In this document: positions 1-9,245 of the stretch, piece by piece
How the letters are laid out: each line of letters begins with the position of its first letter
How positions within the stretch are numbered: the stretch's first letter is position 1
NCBI GenBank assembly: GCA_019634625.1
Contig: JAHCBA010000009.1
Span: 37,561-101,560, forward strand
From: Verrucomicrobiia bacterium
Lineage (GTDB): Bacteria; Verrucomicrobiota; Verrucomicrobiia; Limisphaerales; CAIMTB01
Reading direction: 5' to 3'
Length of the DNA stretch: 64,000 nt
Position numbers and translations under genes: made by a program
Notes under the pieces: model-generated
Databases searched by the model: none
Told to the model about the DNA's origin: nothing
Seen by the model: only the letters and a program-made list of their open reading frames with translations

Positions 1-2
1 CG

Positions 3-1826
3 GACCGCGATCTTCGTGTCGCCTCGAACGTCTGGCTGCGGGTGGCCCCCGGGGCAACTCCGAGCCCATGGCTGGCGCCGGGGCCGTTTCAGGCCGTCTG
101 GTCGGGAAGTCTGGTTCTGGATCTGCGCGGCACGTACCGGTTTCAGGCTGAGGTTCTGGGCGATTTCACCCTCGAACTCAATGGGACCACGGTGCTGTCC
201 GCGCCGGACGCCAGCGGCCCCACTCCGTGGTCCGAACCGGTGCGGCTTCGGCAGGGCCCCAACACGCTCCGGGCCACCTTTGCCAGGACCGATGCCGTCA
301 CCGAGGCGCGCCTGCGCTTGTCCTGGCAGGGCCGCGGCGTGACGCCCGGGCCCATCCCGACGACGGCGTTGCTTCCTCCGGAGTTGCCCGTGGACTTCGA
401 ACGCCTTGAACGGATTCGTCGTGGCCGGGCGGTCTTCCTCGATCGTCGCTGCGGTCAGTGCCATGAACCGGACGTGAACCGACCGGTCCCGGAACTGACG
501 CTGCCGGGACCGACCTTCCAGGATATCGGCAACCGCCGGTCCGAGGCTTGGATGGCCCGTTGGATTGCCGGGGCCTCCCTGGAACGTCCGGGGGCGACCA
601 TGCCGCGCCTTGTCCACGGGCCGGAAGGCGACGCCGAGGCACGGGCGATGGCCGCGTGGCTGGCTTCGCTCCGCGAGGGTCCGCCCCCCATGGCGCGCCC
701 CGGGAACGCCGCCGTCGGGCAGACCCTGTTCAAGGAACTCCGCTGCGACGGGTGCCATTCGGTGCCGCAGGGACCGACGGATCTCTCGTTGATCGCACTC
801 GACGATGTGGCGACCCGGTTCGAGCCCGGGGCGCTGGCGGGTTTTCTCATGCGGCCCGAGGCTCACCATCGCGGGACGCGCATGCCGAACTTCGGATTGA
901 GCGAAGCCGAGGCGGACCACCTCGCCGCATGGCTGATGAACGGGGCCGGGCCCGGGCGAGGCGCCGTTCCGTCCGCCGACCCGGCGCTGCGGGAGCGGGG
1001 CCGGACGCTGGTGCAGACGCGGGGATGTCTGGCATGCCACGAGGCGGCGATCATCAACTCGTACCGCGCCCCCGCCCTGTCCGCGTTGCACGCGGACTCA
1101 TGGAACCGGGGCTGTCTTGCCGACGACGACGGCGGACCCCGGGGAAACCGGGCGCCCATCCACGCACTGACCGCCGGGGAACGCGACGCGCTGCGGGCCT
1201 GGGCCACCACCGATCGAGCCTCCCTGGGGCGCCACGTGCCGGATGAACACGCGGTCCGCTGGATCGAAACGCTCCGTTGCGGGGCGTGCCATGACCAGGG
1301 CGGAGGGATTCCGAACCTGGTCCACACCGGGGAGAAGCTGCGGCCCGAATGGGTCCGCGAGTTGCTGGCGGGCGAAGTGGCCCATCCTGCACGCCCCTGG
1401 CTTGCGACACGCATGCCGGCATTCCCGGCCTACGCGAAGGGTCTTGCCGAGGGGATGGCCGCACGGCACGGACTGCCGCCGGTGTCGCCGGTCGAACCGC
1501 CGCCTGATCCGGATGCCGCGGAGGTGGGTCGGCGGCTGGTGACGTCCGAGGCGGGGTTTTCCTGCGTCTCGTGCCACGCCATCGGGTCGCAGGCGCCGAC
1601 CGCGGTCTTCGATGCCTACGGCATCGATTTTGCGCGCAGCGCGGCACGGCTGCTCCCGGACTTCTTCGTGCGATGGATGCTGGATCCGCTGGCGATCGAC
1701 CCCGTCACCACGATGCCGAAGTACTTCGATGAACACGGCGACAGTCCCCTGGGCGACGTGTACGGAGGCGACGGTCCGCGCACGATCCGCGCCCTGTGGG
1801 AGTACCTGCGTCTTGGTACGCCCTGA
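3..1826 (+). CDS. Multi-domain c-type cytochrome (five CxxCH motifs) with PA14-like N-terminal beta domain; 5' end runs off the window
   Basis: The frame of ORF 42..1826 (GTG at 42) stays open back to base 3. It has five heme motifs: CGQCH, CDGCH, CLACH, CGACH, CVSCH. The N-terminal 'GTYRFQAEVLGDFTLELNG...RLRLSW' resembles a PA14-type beta sandwich. Confidence 0.75.
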   Translation, partial: DRDLRVASNVWLRVAPGATPSPWLAPGPFQAVWSGSLVLDLRGTYRFQAEVLGDFTLELNGTTVLSAPDASGPTPWSEPVRLRQGPNTLRATFARTDAVTEARLRLSWQGRGVTPGPIPTTALLPPELPVDFERLERIRRGRAVFLDRRCGQCHEPDVNRPVPELTLPGPTFQDIGNRRSEAWMARWIAGASLERPGATMPRLVHGPEGDAEARAMAAWLASLREGPPPMARPGNAAVGQTLFKELRCDGCHSVPQGPTDLSLIALDDVATRFEPGALAGFLMRPEAHHRGTRMPNFGLSEAEADHLAAWLMNGAGPGRGAVPSADPALRERGRTLVQTRGCLACHEAAIINSYRAPALSALHADSWNRGCLADDDGGPRGNRAPIHALTAGERDALRAWATTDRASLGRHVPDEHAVRWIETLRCGACHDQGGGIPNLVHTGEKLRPEWVRELLAGEVAHPARPWLATRMPAFPAYAKGLAEGMAARHGLPPVSPVEPPPDPDAAEVGRRLVTSEAGFSCVSCHAIGSQAPTAVFDAYGIDFARSAARLLPDFFVRWMLDPLAIDPVTTMPKYFDEHGDSPLGDVYGGDGPRTIRALWEYLRLGTP

Positions 1827-1855
1827 GCCGGCCCCCTGCCGGCGACGCGGCTGCC

Positions 1856-2004
1856 GGGGTCACATCTCTGAATTTGACAATTGGCGGGTGACGCCGGGCA
1901 TGGGAGTCCAATTGTCAAATTCAGAGATGTGACCCCTGGGTTGGGGTTTTGGCGGATGAAGCCGGGTGTGGAAGTCCAATTGTCAAATTCAGAGATGTGA
2001 CCCC
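1856..2004. repeat. R0 palindromic element: perfect 29-bp inverted repeat plus a third copy of the arm
   Basis: GGGGTCACATCTCTGAATTTGACAATTGG (1856-1884) is the exact reverse complement of 1908-1936, with a 23-nt spacer. The same 29-mer recurs at 1976-2004. A related copy lies at 54014-54094. It sits between convergent gene ends. Confidence 0.9.
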
Positions 2005-2981
2005 GGGGTTGGGGTTGGGGGGGGCGAGGGGGAGCGGCGGCCGTAGAAGGTGCGGGCGGCGAGGCGGGCGAGGGCGGGGGGCAGGATGCGGCGGCCGGCG
2101 ACTTCCGCGGTGCGGCGGAGGGCGTGACGCAGGAACGGGGGGGTGAGGAACGGCCAGTGACGTCGCCGCCCGAGGGCCACCCGCAAGGCGGGCCAGCCGA
2201 AGCTGCCGACGAGGCCCGAGGCACGGATGGCGGGCGCCACGTCGGCATAGGTCGCGCCTCCGAGCAGATCGAGGAAGAGGTCGAGCGTTTCCCGGCGTTC
2301 CCGTCCGGACCGCGCCGAATGGTAGTAGGAGGTGGGCGAGGTGTGGAACACGGAGAGAACCTCGGGCACGTGACAGACGCCGTGCCGGAACCCGACAACC
2401 CAGGTGCTGAAGCAGTCGGTGAACCAGCGGAGTTCCGGGATCCAGCCGCCGGCGGCGCGCAGGGCCGGGGTCTTGAACAGGGCATGCTGGGCGGCGATGG
2501 ACAGTCTTCCCTGACGGCTGAGGCCGATCATGTCGCCCGGGGACAGGTAACAGGCCTCGGCCGGCATGCGGGTGCCCTGGAACCAGGTCAGGCCGGTGGC
2601 TTCGCAGCGCCATTCGCAGAGGCCGCTGACCGCGCCGGCCCCGGGGTGACGTTCGAGCAGGGGGAGGGTGCGCTCGAAGATGCCGGGCAGCACGCGGTCG
2701 TCGGCGGCGAGGAACCCGACGTAGTCCCCGGTGACTTCATCGAGACCGCGATTGATGGTGGCGCAGACGCCGAGGTTGCGTTCGTTGCGCAGGACACGAA
2801 TCCGGTTCGATCGGCGGGCGTAGTCCTCGATCACGGCGAGGCTGTGGTCCGTGGAATCGTCGTCGAGGACCAGCACTTCGTCGGGCGGACGCGATTGTTC
2901 GAGGACGGCGTCGAGGCATCGCGGCAGGAGGGACGCGTGGTTGTAGTTTGGAATGACGATGGAGACACGCAGTCGGCTCAT
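1989..2981 (-). CDS. Family 2 glycosyltransferase
   Basis: The N-terminus 'VSIVIPNYNHASLLPRCLDAVLEQS...VLVLDDDSTDHS' is a classic GT2 (GT-A) signature with the DxD region. The ATG is at 2979-2981. The last five codons and the stop lie inside repeat R0. Confidence 0.9.
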   Translation of the reverse strand: MSRLRVSIVIPNYNHASLLPRCLDAVLEQSRPPDEVLVLDDDSTDHSLAVIEDYARRSNRIRVLRNERNLGVCATINRGLDEVTGDYVGFLAADDRVLPGIFERTLPLLERHPGAGAVSGLCEWRCEATGLTWFQGTRMPAEACYLSPGDMIGLSRQGRLSIAAQHALFKTPALRAAGGWIPELRWFTDCFSTWVVGFRHGVCHVPEVLSVFHTSPTSYYHSARSGRERRETLDLFLDLLGGATYADVAPAIRASGLVGSFGWPALRVALGRRRHWPFLTPPFLRHALRRTAEVAGRRILPPALARLAARTFYGRRSPSPPPTPTPGSHL

Positions 2982-3056
2982 GGGCGCTGGGGTCTTGAAT
3001 CCAGAGGGTCCGGCATCGGCCGGGACGGGACGGGACGATCGGGAAGGGGGCGGAAC

Positions 3057-3833
3057 TCAAGCATGGGATTCGAGATCGGGAGGAAGGGCGACGCCGTCCC
3101 GGACCAGCGGTATGACGGGCCAATCGGGTGTGGCCACGAGGGCCCGCGCCTCGGCCAGACGTTCGGGCGAATCGATGGCGCAGCGGCGTCCGGTGAGCGG
3201 CACGGCGTGGAGCCGGCCGGAACCGACGAGGGGTGCGAAGACATCGCGGGGCAGATCGCAGGGGGCGCGGTCGGGCAACTGTTCGAGCAGTTCGGTGGAG
3301 CCGATGCAGATCCCCGAATTGACCCAGGGCGAGGCGACCTGCTGGCGTTCGGCCTCGGCGGGGCGTTCGAGGAAGCCGATCACCCGGCCCGAGGGATCGA
3401 GACTGACGACGCTGTTCGAACGGGCCCGGTGGTGGACGAGGAGGGTTGCCAGGGCCTGCTTTTCGCGGTGGGTCCGGATCAGGGCGTTGAAGTCCTGGTC
3501 GGTCAGCACATCGCCGTACTGCACGAGGAAGGACGACTCACCGCGGAAGAAGTCCGCCAGGCGCCGCACGGCGCCGGCCGTCCCCAGAAGCTGTTCCTCG
3601 TGCGAATAGGTCAGGCGCAGGCCCCAACGGGAGCCGTCCCCGAACCAGTCCTGGATGATCTCGGGCCGGAAATGGAGATTCACCGCGATATCGCGGAAGC
3701 CCTGGGACTGGAGGTGGGCGAGCAGGTAGGCCAGCAGGGGATGACCCCGGAGGGGCAGCATGGGTTTGGGCCAGTCGCGGGTGAGCGATCCCAGCCGCGT
3801 GCCGAATCCGGCGCAGAGGACCAGGGCCTTCAT
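3057..3833 (-). CDS. Sugar-1-phosphate nucleotidyltransferase (HddC/GDP-heptose-type candidate)
   Basis: 'MKALVLCAGFGTRLGSLTRDWPKPMLPL' is the NTP_transferase G-loop. The start was trimmed to the internal ATG at 3833, which forms an ATGA overlap with the upstream gmhB stop. Confidence 0.85.
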   Translation of the reverse strand: MKALVLCAGFGTRLGSLTRDWPKPMLPLRGHPLLAYLLAHLQSQGFRDIAVNLHFRPEIIQDWFGDGSRWGLRLTYSHEEQLLGTAGAVRRLADFFRGESSFLVQYGDVLTDQDFNALIRTHREKQALATLLVHHRARSNSVVSLDPSGRVIGFLERPAEAERQQVASPWVNSGICIGSTELLEQLPDRAPCDLPRDVFAPLVGSGRLHAVPLTGRRCAIDSPERLAEARALVATPDWPVIPLVRDGVALPPDLESHA

Positions 3834-4408
3834 GGTGGATCGAGGATCCAGTCGGCGGCGGAAGGCAGGCCGCTGCAGGTGTGGTCCGGGCGGAGGCCGG
3901 GAGCGATCGGGTCCCGGGTCACGATGAGGGGTTCGGCGTGGCGCCCGGTTTCGACCAGCACGGTGCGACACCCTGCCCGTGCGCCGGCCGCGACATCGGT
4001 GAGGCGGTCGCCCACGAGAAAGCTGGCGGTCAGCTCGACGGCATGATCGGCGGCGCCGCGCAGCAGCAGCCCGGGTCTCGGTTTGCGGCAGTCGCAGTCC
4101 AGCCGGTACGCCTCGACGGTGGCCTCGGGATGGTGCGGGCAGAAGTACAGGCCATCGAGCGGCGGACCTCCGGAATCCCGCAGCATGCCTGTGAGGGCAT
4201 CGTGGATGCGCCGGACGTCGTCCTCGCTGGCGAGGCCGCGGGCCACGACGGCCTGGTTGCTGACGAGGATCAGCCGGAAGCCGGCCTCGCGCAGACGTCG
4301 CAACGCCGCGGGCACGCCCGGCAACAGCCGCAACTGCCGTGGGTCGGTGAGCAGGTGGACGTCCTCGATGAGGACCCCGTCGCGGTCGAGGAAGACGGCG
4401 CGGTTCAT
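3830..4408 (-). CDS. gmhB: D-glycero-D-manno-heptose 1,7-bisphosphate phosphatase (HAD-IIIA)
   Basis: It has the 'FLDRDGVLIED' HAD motif I and the 'CPHHPEATVEAYRLDCDCRKPRPGLL' Zn-binding C-x-H...C-x-C loop typical of GmhB. ATGA overlaps occur at both ends. Confidence 0.8.
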   Translation of the reverse strand: MNRAVFLDRDGVLIEDVHLLTDPRQLRLLPGVPAALRRLREAGFRLILVSNQAVVARGLASEDDVRRIHDALTGMLRDSGGPPLDGLYFCPHHPEATVEAYRLDCDCRKPRPGLLLRGAADHAVELTASFLVGDRLTDVAAGARAGCRTVLVETGRHAEPLIVTRDPIAPGLRPDHTCSGLPSAADWILDPP

Positions 4409-5565
4409 GGGGTCACGATGTCCAGGTTGCGACCGACGTTCCGAAGCCGGGTCGTCACTTCACCGGCGAGCACGGCGGGAAGGGCGACGAAGACGGTACT
4501 GCCCGGAGGCACGTCGGACGGGGCCAGGATGGGGCGGCCGAGGTGGGTGCGGCCGTGCCGGGTGGGATCCTCGTCCACGAAGAAGCGTGCCGCCCCCCCG
4601 GTTTGGGCGTCGAGCCAGGTGGCGGCGATGGCGGTTCCGAAGAGTCCGAATGACGGCCGGCTGACGAGTGGCTGAACCCGGGCGAGGATGGCTTCGAGCG
4701 AGGTCCAGCCCTGGAAGACTTCCCGGGAAGAGTCTTCGGGCAGGCGCAGCGCCGGGGTGGACCCGGGCGCTACGGGACGGCGTCCGACGACACTCACCTC
4801 CTTGGCGACCCATTGGTGGGTGGCGACGACCGACTCGAATCCGGCGGCGGCGACCACGCCTGCGAGGAGGGGCGGTGCAAAGTGGGAGCAGTGGTCGGCC
4901 ACCAGCAGCATGGAGGGGTTCTGGCCGCAATCCGGCACCTCGACGAGGAGGAGTCCCCCTGGACGGAGCAGGGACCGCAGGCCGTCGAGGAAGGACACCG
5001 GATCGGGGATGTGTTCGAGGACGTGGATGAGGGAGATGACGTCGTAGGCTCCCGCCAGTTCGGGGAGGGGGCCGGTATGCAATCGTTCGACGCCGGGGAT
5101 GGCCTCGATGAGGGAACGGTACTTGTCGTTGACCTCGGTGCCGGTCAGGGCCCAGCCCGGCACCGCACGGCTCCAGGCGGTGAGGAACGACCCGTTGCCG
5201 CAGCCGATGTCGAGCAGGCGTCCCGTCTGTGGCAGCGTCACGGCCTGGCGGAAGGCACGGATCAGGCGTTCGGAACGGGGTTGTCCGACGCCGCCGGTTC
5301 CGCCGAAGACCCGCTGTTCGGAACCGCCGCTCTGGTGGTAGATCGTGTAATCGCGGTAGATCCGGTCGGCATCGTCGCGCCAGGCATCGGTGACGGCGGT
5401 CTGGACGAGGCCGCAATCCCGGCACCGGATGAGGCGGCCGCCCTGGGGCCAGGGTTTGCAGTCGGAGGTGACCCGGTGAAAGGCGGCGTAGGCGGCGGCC
5501 TCCTCGATATGGAGCGAGCCGCAGGCGTGGCACTTCAAGGGTTCGGCGGGGGCGGATTCAGGCAT
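4405..5565 (-). CDS. SAM-dependent methyltransferase with N-terminal Zn-ribbon and C-methyltransferase-like C-terminal domain (TylCIII-like architecture)
   Basis: It carries the cysteine pairs CHACGS...CRDCG, then the SAM motif I 'LLDIGCGNGSFL', then a C-terminal 'FVDEDPTRHGRTHLGRPILAPSDV' Rossmann-like module. The start was trimmed to the ATG at 5565, overlapping the upstream stop by 8 bp. Confidence 0.7.
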   Translation of the reverse strand: MPESAPAEPLKCHACGSLHIEEAAAYAAFHRVTSDCKPWPQGGRLIRCRDCGLVQTAVTDAWRDDADRIYRDYTIYHQSGGSEQRVFGGTGGVGQPRSERLIRAFRQAVTLPQTGRLLDIGCGNGSFLTAWSRAVPGWALTGTEVNDKYRSLIEAIPGVERLHTGPLPELAGAYDVISLIHVLEHIPDPVSFLDGLRSLLRPGGLLLVEVPDCGQNPSMLLVADHCSHFAPPLLAGVVAAAGFESVVATHQWVAKEVSVVGRRPVAPGSTPALRLPEDSSREVFQGWTSLEAILARVQPLVSRPSFGLFGTAIAATWLDAQTGGAARFFVDEDPTRHGRTHLGRPILAPSDVPPGSTVFVALPAVLAGEVTTRLRNVGRNLDIVTP

Positions 5566-6415
5566 CGGGAAACAGAACGTGATCCAGTGCAGCGAGCGAC
5601 GGGGGAAAGTGCAATCCGAGTTCGCGTCGGGCGCGGCTGGCGTCGAGTGCGGCGTGGGCCGGGGCGTCCTCGACCGGGTCCGCGACGACGGGTTCGACGA
5701 GGGCGGGATCGGTGCCCAGGCGGAGAGCCAGGTGCCGCGCGATTTCCGCATACGTGACCTCGTCGTCGGCGGAGAACTGCCAGACCCCCGCCCGCGCCTC
5801 GCGCGCCACTGTCAGCAGGCCCTGGATGGCAAGGTCGAGGGGGATGAGGGAACACACGCGGTTCGAGAACGGGCGGATGATCCGGCCGGCGCGCAGGGAG
5901 GCGATCCAGTTCCGGAGCAGGTCCCAGTCCGGATGCAGCACCTTGGTCAGGCGCACCACGGCCACCGCGTCGGCCAGTGCGGCGAGAGCCGCTTCGGCGG
6001 CGGCCTTCTGGCGCCCATATTCGGTTTGGGGAGACGGGGGATCCCCGGGAGCGGGACGGGGTCGGGAGCCATTGAAGACCAGGTTGGTCGAAGGGAAGAC
6101 CACGAAGATGCCGGCGCGGGCGAGGGACTCGGCCAGGGCGACGGTGTGGGTGACATTGATGCGGCGGGTGCCCGCGGGGTCGGAGCGGCAGGTTTCGAGG
6201 CGGGTGACCGCTGCGCACAGCAACGCGGCCCGGAAGGCTCGGGGCGGGAGCCAGTCCGACACCGGGTGGGCGAGGTCGAGATGAAAGCCGGACGGGGCGG
6301 GCGCCGGGTCGCGGCGGGTGGTGTGGGCCATCGGCAGGCCGCGCCGGCGGCCTTCCTCGATCAGGGCCGCACCAAGCCGACCGTCACCGCCGACCACGAG
6401 GATTGCGTCGCTCAC
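5558..6415 (-). CDS. NAD(P)-dependent sugar-nucleotide reductase/epimerase (RmlD-like SDR)
   Basis: It has the 'ILVVGGDGRLGAAL' Rossmann motif and a 'YGRQKAAAE' YxxxK catalytic motif. The GTG start forms a GTGA overlap with the upstream stop. Confidence 0.7.
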   Translation of the reverse strand: MSDAILVVGGDGRLGAALIEEGRRRGLPMAHTTRRDPAPAPSGFHLDLAHPVSDWLPPRAFRAALLCAAVTRLETCRSDPAGTRRINVTHTVALAESLARAGIFVVFPSTNLVFNGSRPRPAPGDPPSPQTEYGRQKAAAEAALAALADAVAVVRLTKVLHPDWDLLRNWIASLRAGRIIRPFSNRVCSLIPLDLAIQGLLTVAREARAGVWQFSADDEVTYAEIARHLALRLGTDPALVEPVVADPVEDAPAHAALDASRARRELGLHFPPSLAALDHVLFPDA

Positions 6416-7092
6416 GTTGCCTTGCGATGGCAGCCGAGGGCCCAGAGGTAGTGGGCGAGGGGCGGAAAGCCGGTGTGCACCACCTCGTCGTTCATCGAGA
6501 ACAGGAAGACCCGATGGAAATGGCGTTCGAGGAGGGAGCGCATGCCTGGGGCGTCCTTGCAGTTCACGTGTCCCTCGCGGCTCGGCGCCGAGGCGTAGGC
6601 CTGGGAATGGATCGAGGGCGAACCCAGCAGCACGGCGCCTTCGGGCCGGATCGAACGCGCGAGATGTTCCAGGAAACGGTCTTCGACCTCGGGCGGGATG
6701 TGTTCCAGCACGTCGATGGCGTAGGCGCCGTCGAAGTCCCCTCCGAGCGGCCCGGCGAGCATGTCGTGGACCTGGTAGGTGACATTCCAGCGTCCGTCGT
6801 TCCGGGCCTGGTTGCGGCGGATGAAGACCGGATCGAAATCGGTGGCCACCACCTCGGGGACTTCCTGGCGGACGACGCGGGAGCCGAAGGCATCGGCGCA
6901 GCCGACCTCGAGGACCCTGCCCATGCCGGAGAACATCTTGGCGACGAACTTGTAGCGGGAGAGGACGAAGAGAAGGCGGCGCGGGTCGTCCTGCCAGACC
7001 TGGCTGCTCATCAGGCCGAGGGTTTCGAGGCCCTGCTGGCGCTCGCGTTCGAGGAGGAACTGGTACTGGGCTTCCTGGGTGAGTTCGGTCAT
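6412..7092 (-). CDS. Class I SAM-dependent methyltransferase
   Basis: It has motif I 'VLEVGCADAFG' and a post-I acidic residue. It lies in the same operon, with a 4-bp overlap downstream. Confidence 0.75.
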   Translation of the reverse strand: MTELTQEAQYQFLLERERQQGLETLGLMSSQVWQDDPRRLLFVLSRYKFVAKMFSGMGRVLEVGCADAFGSRVVRQEVPEVVATDFDPVFIRRNQARNDGRWNVTYQVHDMLAGPLGGDFDGAYAIDVLEHIPPEVEDRFLEHLARSIRPEGAVLLGSPSIHSQAYASAPSREGHVNCKDAPGMRSLLERHFHRVFLFSMNDEVVHTGFPPLAHYLWALGCHRKAT

Positions 7093-7114
7093 GCGTGGAT
7101 CCGGGAGGTGCGGG

Positions 7115-7777
7115 TTACTCGAAATAGATGAAGGACCAGTCGCCCTCGTAGCCGCACCGCTGGAACCACCATTCCCATTCCTCGGGGGTGTAGAACCCTT
7201 CGCAGGTGAGCTGCCAGTACAGAAGGTTCACCTTCTCCTCCTCGGTCCGGTAGGACTCGACGCAGACGTACCGGTGCCGGCGGCCGACGCGCTGCATTTC
7301 GCGCAGGGCCCGGTCGAGGTCGTAGCAGTGGAGGTTGTGGAGCGTGTTGATCGAGAGGACAAAATCGAACGAGGCGCTCTCGTAGGGCAGTTCCTTCGCG
7401 TGGCCGACGTCGAGGAAGGGCCGGACCTCCTCCTTCGCGTTCTCGATGGCGTACTGCGAGATGTCCAGACCGCGGACCTCGATTCCGGGGACCGCCAGGG
7501 TCAGGTCGTGCAGGAGGAAGCCCTTGCCGCAGCCGACGTCGAGCACCCGGTGACCGGGCTGCAGGCCGTAATGCCGCGCCATGGCCTCCGCGACCGGGCG
7601 CCAGCGGCCGTCGTAACGCATCCCCCCATACCCCACCTTCCGGTCGCCATCCCAGTAGTCGCGATCGAACCGCCGGGCGATCCGGGCAGCCTCGGCCTTG
7701 GGAAACTCATTGACCCGGCCGAGGTAATCCCGCGCGGTGCGCTTGTGCAGGACGCTGATGAAATCGACGTACGCCAT
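7115..7777 (-). CDS. Class I SAM-dependent methyltransferase
   Basis: It has motif I 'VLDVGCGKGFLL' and 'FDFVLSINTLHNL' (motifs II/III). It is co-oriented with the glycan operon. Confidence 0.72.
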   Translation of the reverse strand: MAYVDFISVLHKRTARDYLGRVNEFPKAEAARIARRFDRDYWDGDRKVGYGGMRYDGRWRPVAEAMARHYGLQPGHRVLDVGCGKGFLLHDLTLAVPGIEVRGLDISQYAIENAKEEVRPFLDVGHAKELPYESASFDFVLSINTLHNLHCYDLDRALREMQRVGRRHRYVCVESYRTEEEKVNLLYWQLTCEGFYTPEEWEWWFQRCGYEGDWSFIYFE

Positions 7778-7861
7778 GGTGCGTGCCCCGGATCAAACGG
7801 CATCCCGGACCGAATTGCAGCACCGGCTTTTCGGGCTGATGCGGGCGCGGGGTCCAGCTTC

Positions 7862-7978
7862 ACCACCCTGCATCCCCCTTCGGAGGAACGAGCTCTGCGA
7901 GTCGGAATCCCAATGCTCCACTTCCCTGCGGCCTCGTGGAACTCGGCCCTCCGAGTTCACTCCTTCGCTTCACGTTGG
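7862..7978 (-). repeat. R1 dispersed repeat (reverse orientation, diverged copy)
   Basis: The core CGGAGGAACGAGCTCTGCGAGT (7881-7902) and flanks match the reverse complement of the R1 consensus seen at 9385-9665. It overlaps the 3' end of the methyltransferase ORF. Confidence 0.8.
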
Positions 7979-8706
7979 GGGGACGGGCTCGGCGAGTCCG
8001 GGTCGTCCGGCCGTTCGATCAGGACGGCGCAGTTCCAGGCGAGGAACTCGCGGAGCAGCGGGATGCGCATGATCCAGGCGAACCCGGTGTAGTACCGGGG
8101 TGCCACGGCGCGGACCCGCACGTGGGGCAGGCGGCGGAGGTCCCGCAGCGTCCGGCCGATGTAGGTGGGGTACAAACCCGCATAGGGAATGTGCTGGCGC
8201 CGGCCGGGCCGGAAGAAGTCATAGACCCGATGCCCCACCCGCGGACCGAGATAATGGAACGGGCTGAAGTCGTGTCCGCCCCAGGGTGAAAGCCAGTTGG
8301 TCCAGCTCAGGAACAGCACACCGCCCGGGCGGAGAATGCGGTGCATCTGCGCCAGAAAGGTGTCCGGACGGGCAAGGTGCTCGAACACATTCGAGCAGAG
8401 CACGACATCGAATTCGCCCAGCAGCGAGAGATCCTCCTCGCCGACGGTCAGGCGCCGGAAGGGATGCTGCCGCCATTCCGGACGCAGCGATTCATGGCAA
8501 TCCGAGAAGGTGACTTCGCACCCGTACGGGAGCAGTTGGGCCCCGAAGATCCCACTGCCGCAGCCGAGGTCCAGCACGCGGGTGCCCGGCGCGAAGGCGA
8601 CTCCCTGTTCCCGCATCCACCGCAGCGCGTCCTCCGCCTGCATCACGTAAAAGGCATCGTCGTCCCGATGCCGGAGATGATGGCGGATAAGGCGGTGGAT
8701 GATCAT
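7957..8706 (-). CDS. Class I SAM-dependent methyltransferase
   Basis: It has motif I 'VLDLGCGSGIFG' and 'FDVVLCSNVFEHL'. It is the first gene of the minus-strand glycan operon. The last ~7 codons run into repeat R1. Confidence 0.75.
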   Translation of the reverse strand: MIIHRLIRHHLRHRDDDAFYVMQAEDALRWMREQGVAFAPGTRVLDLGCGSGIFGAQLLPYGCEVTFSDCHESLRPEWRQHPFRRLTVGEEDLSLLGEFDVVLCSNVFEHLARPDTFLAQMHRILRPGGVLFLSWTNWLSPWGGHDFSPFHYLGPRVGHRVYDFFRPGRRQHIPYAGLYPTYIGRTLRDLRRLPHVRVRAVAPRYYTGFAWIMRIPLLREFLAWNCAVLIERPDDPDSPSPSPQREAKE

Positions 8707-8863
8707 GGGACGACGGATTGCGCCGCCGGGCTTCCAGCATGCGACCGGGGCGACGGGGCCTTCAATCCTCCAGAGGCGATGATGCTCGAAAGGGTGTGCC
8801 TGCGGGTTGGAGAGATGGGTTCTGCGACCCCTGACGGGGTCATGAGCGAGGTGGGACTTCTGA

Positions 8864-8901
8864 CCGGGGGTCGAACCCGCGGAGCCGGGCTCGACCCCCG
8901 G
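8864..8901. repeat. Perfect 11-bp-stem hairpin (CCGGGGGTCGA / TCGACCCCCGG, 16-nt loop)
   Basis: Read directly from the sequence. It is followed by a second hairpin, GGAAACCC-TCC-GGGTTTCC, at 8911-8929. It lies in the 965-bp noncoding gap between the histidine kinase stop and the glycan operon start. Confidence 0.8.
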
Positions 8902-8961
8902 CTAATCTCTGGAAACCCTCCGGGTTTCCGGGAGCCGATGGAAGGGGAAGCTTCCAGGGGG

Positions 8962-9037
8962 GGGGGAGCATGGGATTGCGGACTCGCGGAGCTCGTCCCT
9001 CCGAAGGCTGAAGCGGAGGGGTGAGATCGGAGGGACC
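8962..9037 (+). repeat. R1 dispersed repeat (forward copy)
   Basis: The core ACTCGCGGAGCTCGTCCCTCCG lies at 8982-9003. Confidence 0.85.
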
Positions 9038-9040
9038 GTT

Positions 9041-9106
9041 GAGTGTACACGCTTCAGCGTGAGCCTCACGACTCCGCCCCGACACGCTAAAGCGTGCACA
9101 CCCAAC
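9041..9106. repeat. R2 hairpin-pair repeat (single unit)
   Basis: ACACGCTTCAGCGTG and ACACGCTAAAGCGTG hairpins occur in opposite orientation. The same family forms the array at 26030-26805. Confidence 0.8.
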
Positions 9107-9186
9107 AGAGGCCGACCCAGCCTCTGCTCCCAACGTCCCCGCCCTGCCAGCGCACCTCAGACTTTGCAGCGGGTCTCGTAATCGTA

Positions 9187-9228
<42 letters not shown>

Positions 9229-9245
9229 GTCGCGCTGCCCAGTTC

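Noticed and set aside
1856-1936. R0 hairpin as a canonical Rho-independent terminator
   Set aside because: The stem is strong, but neither strand has a U-tract after the hairpin. A role in termination or mRNA stabilisation is possible but cannot be called an intrinsic terminator from sequence alone.
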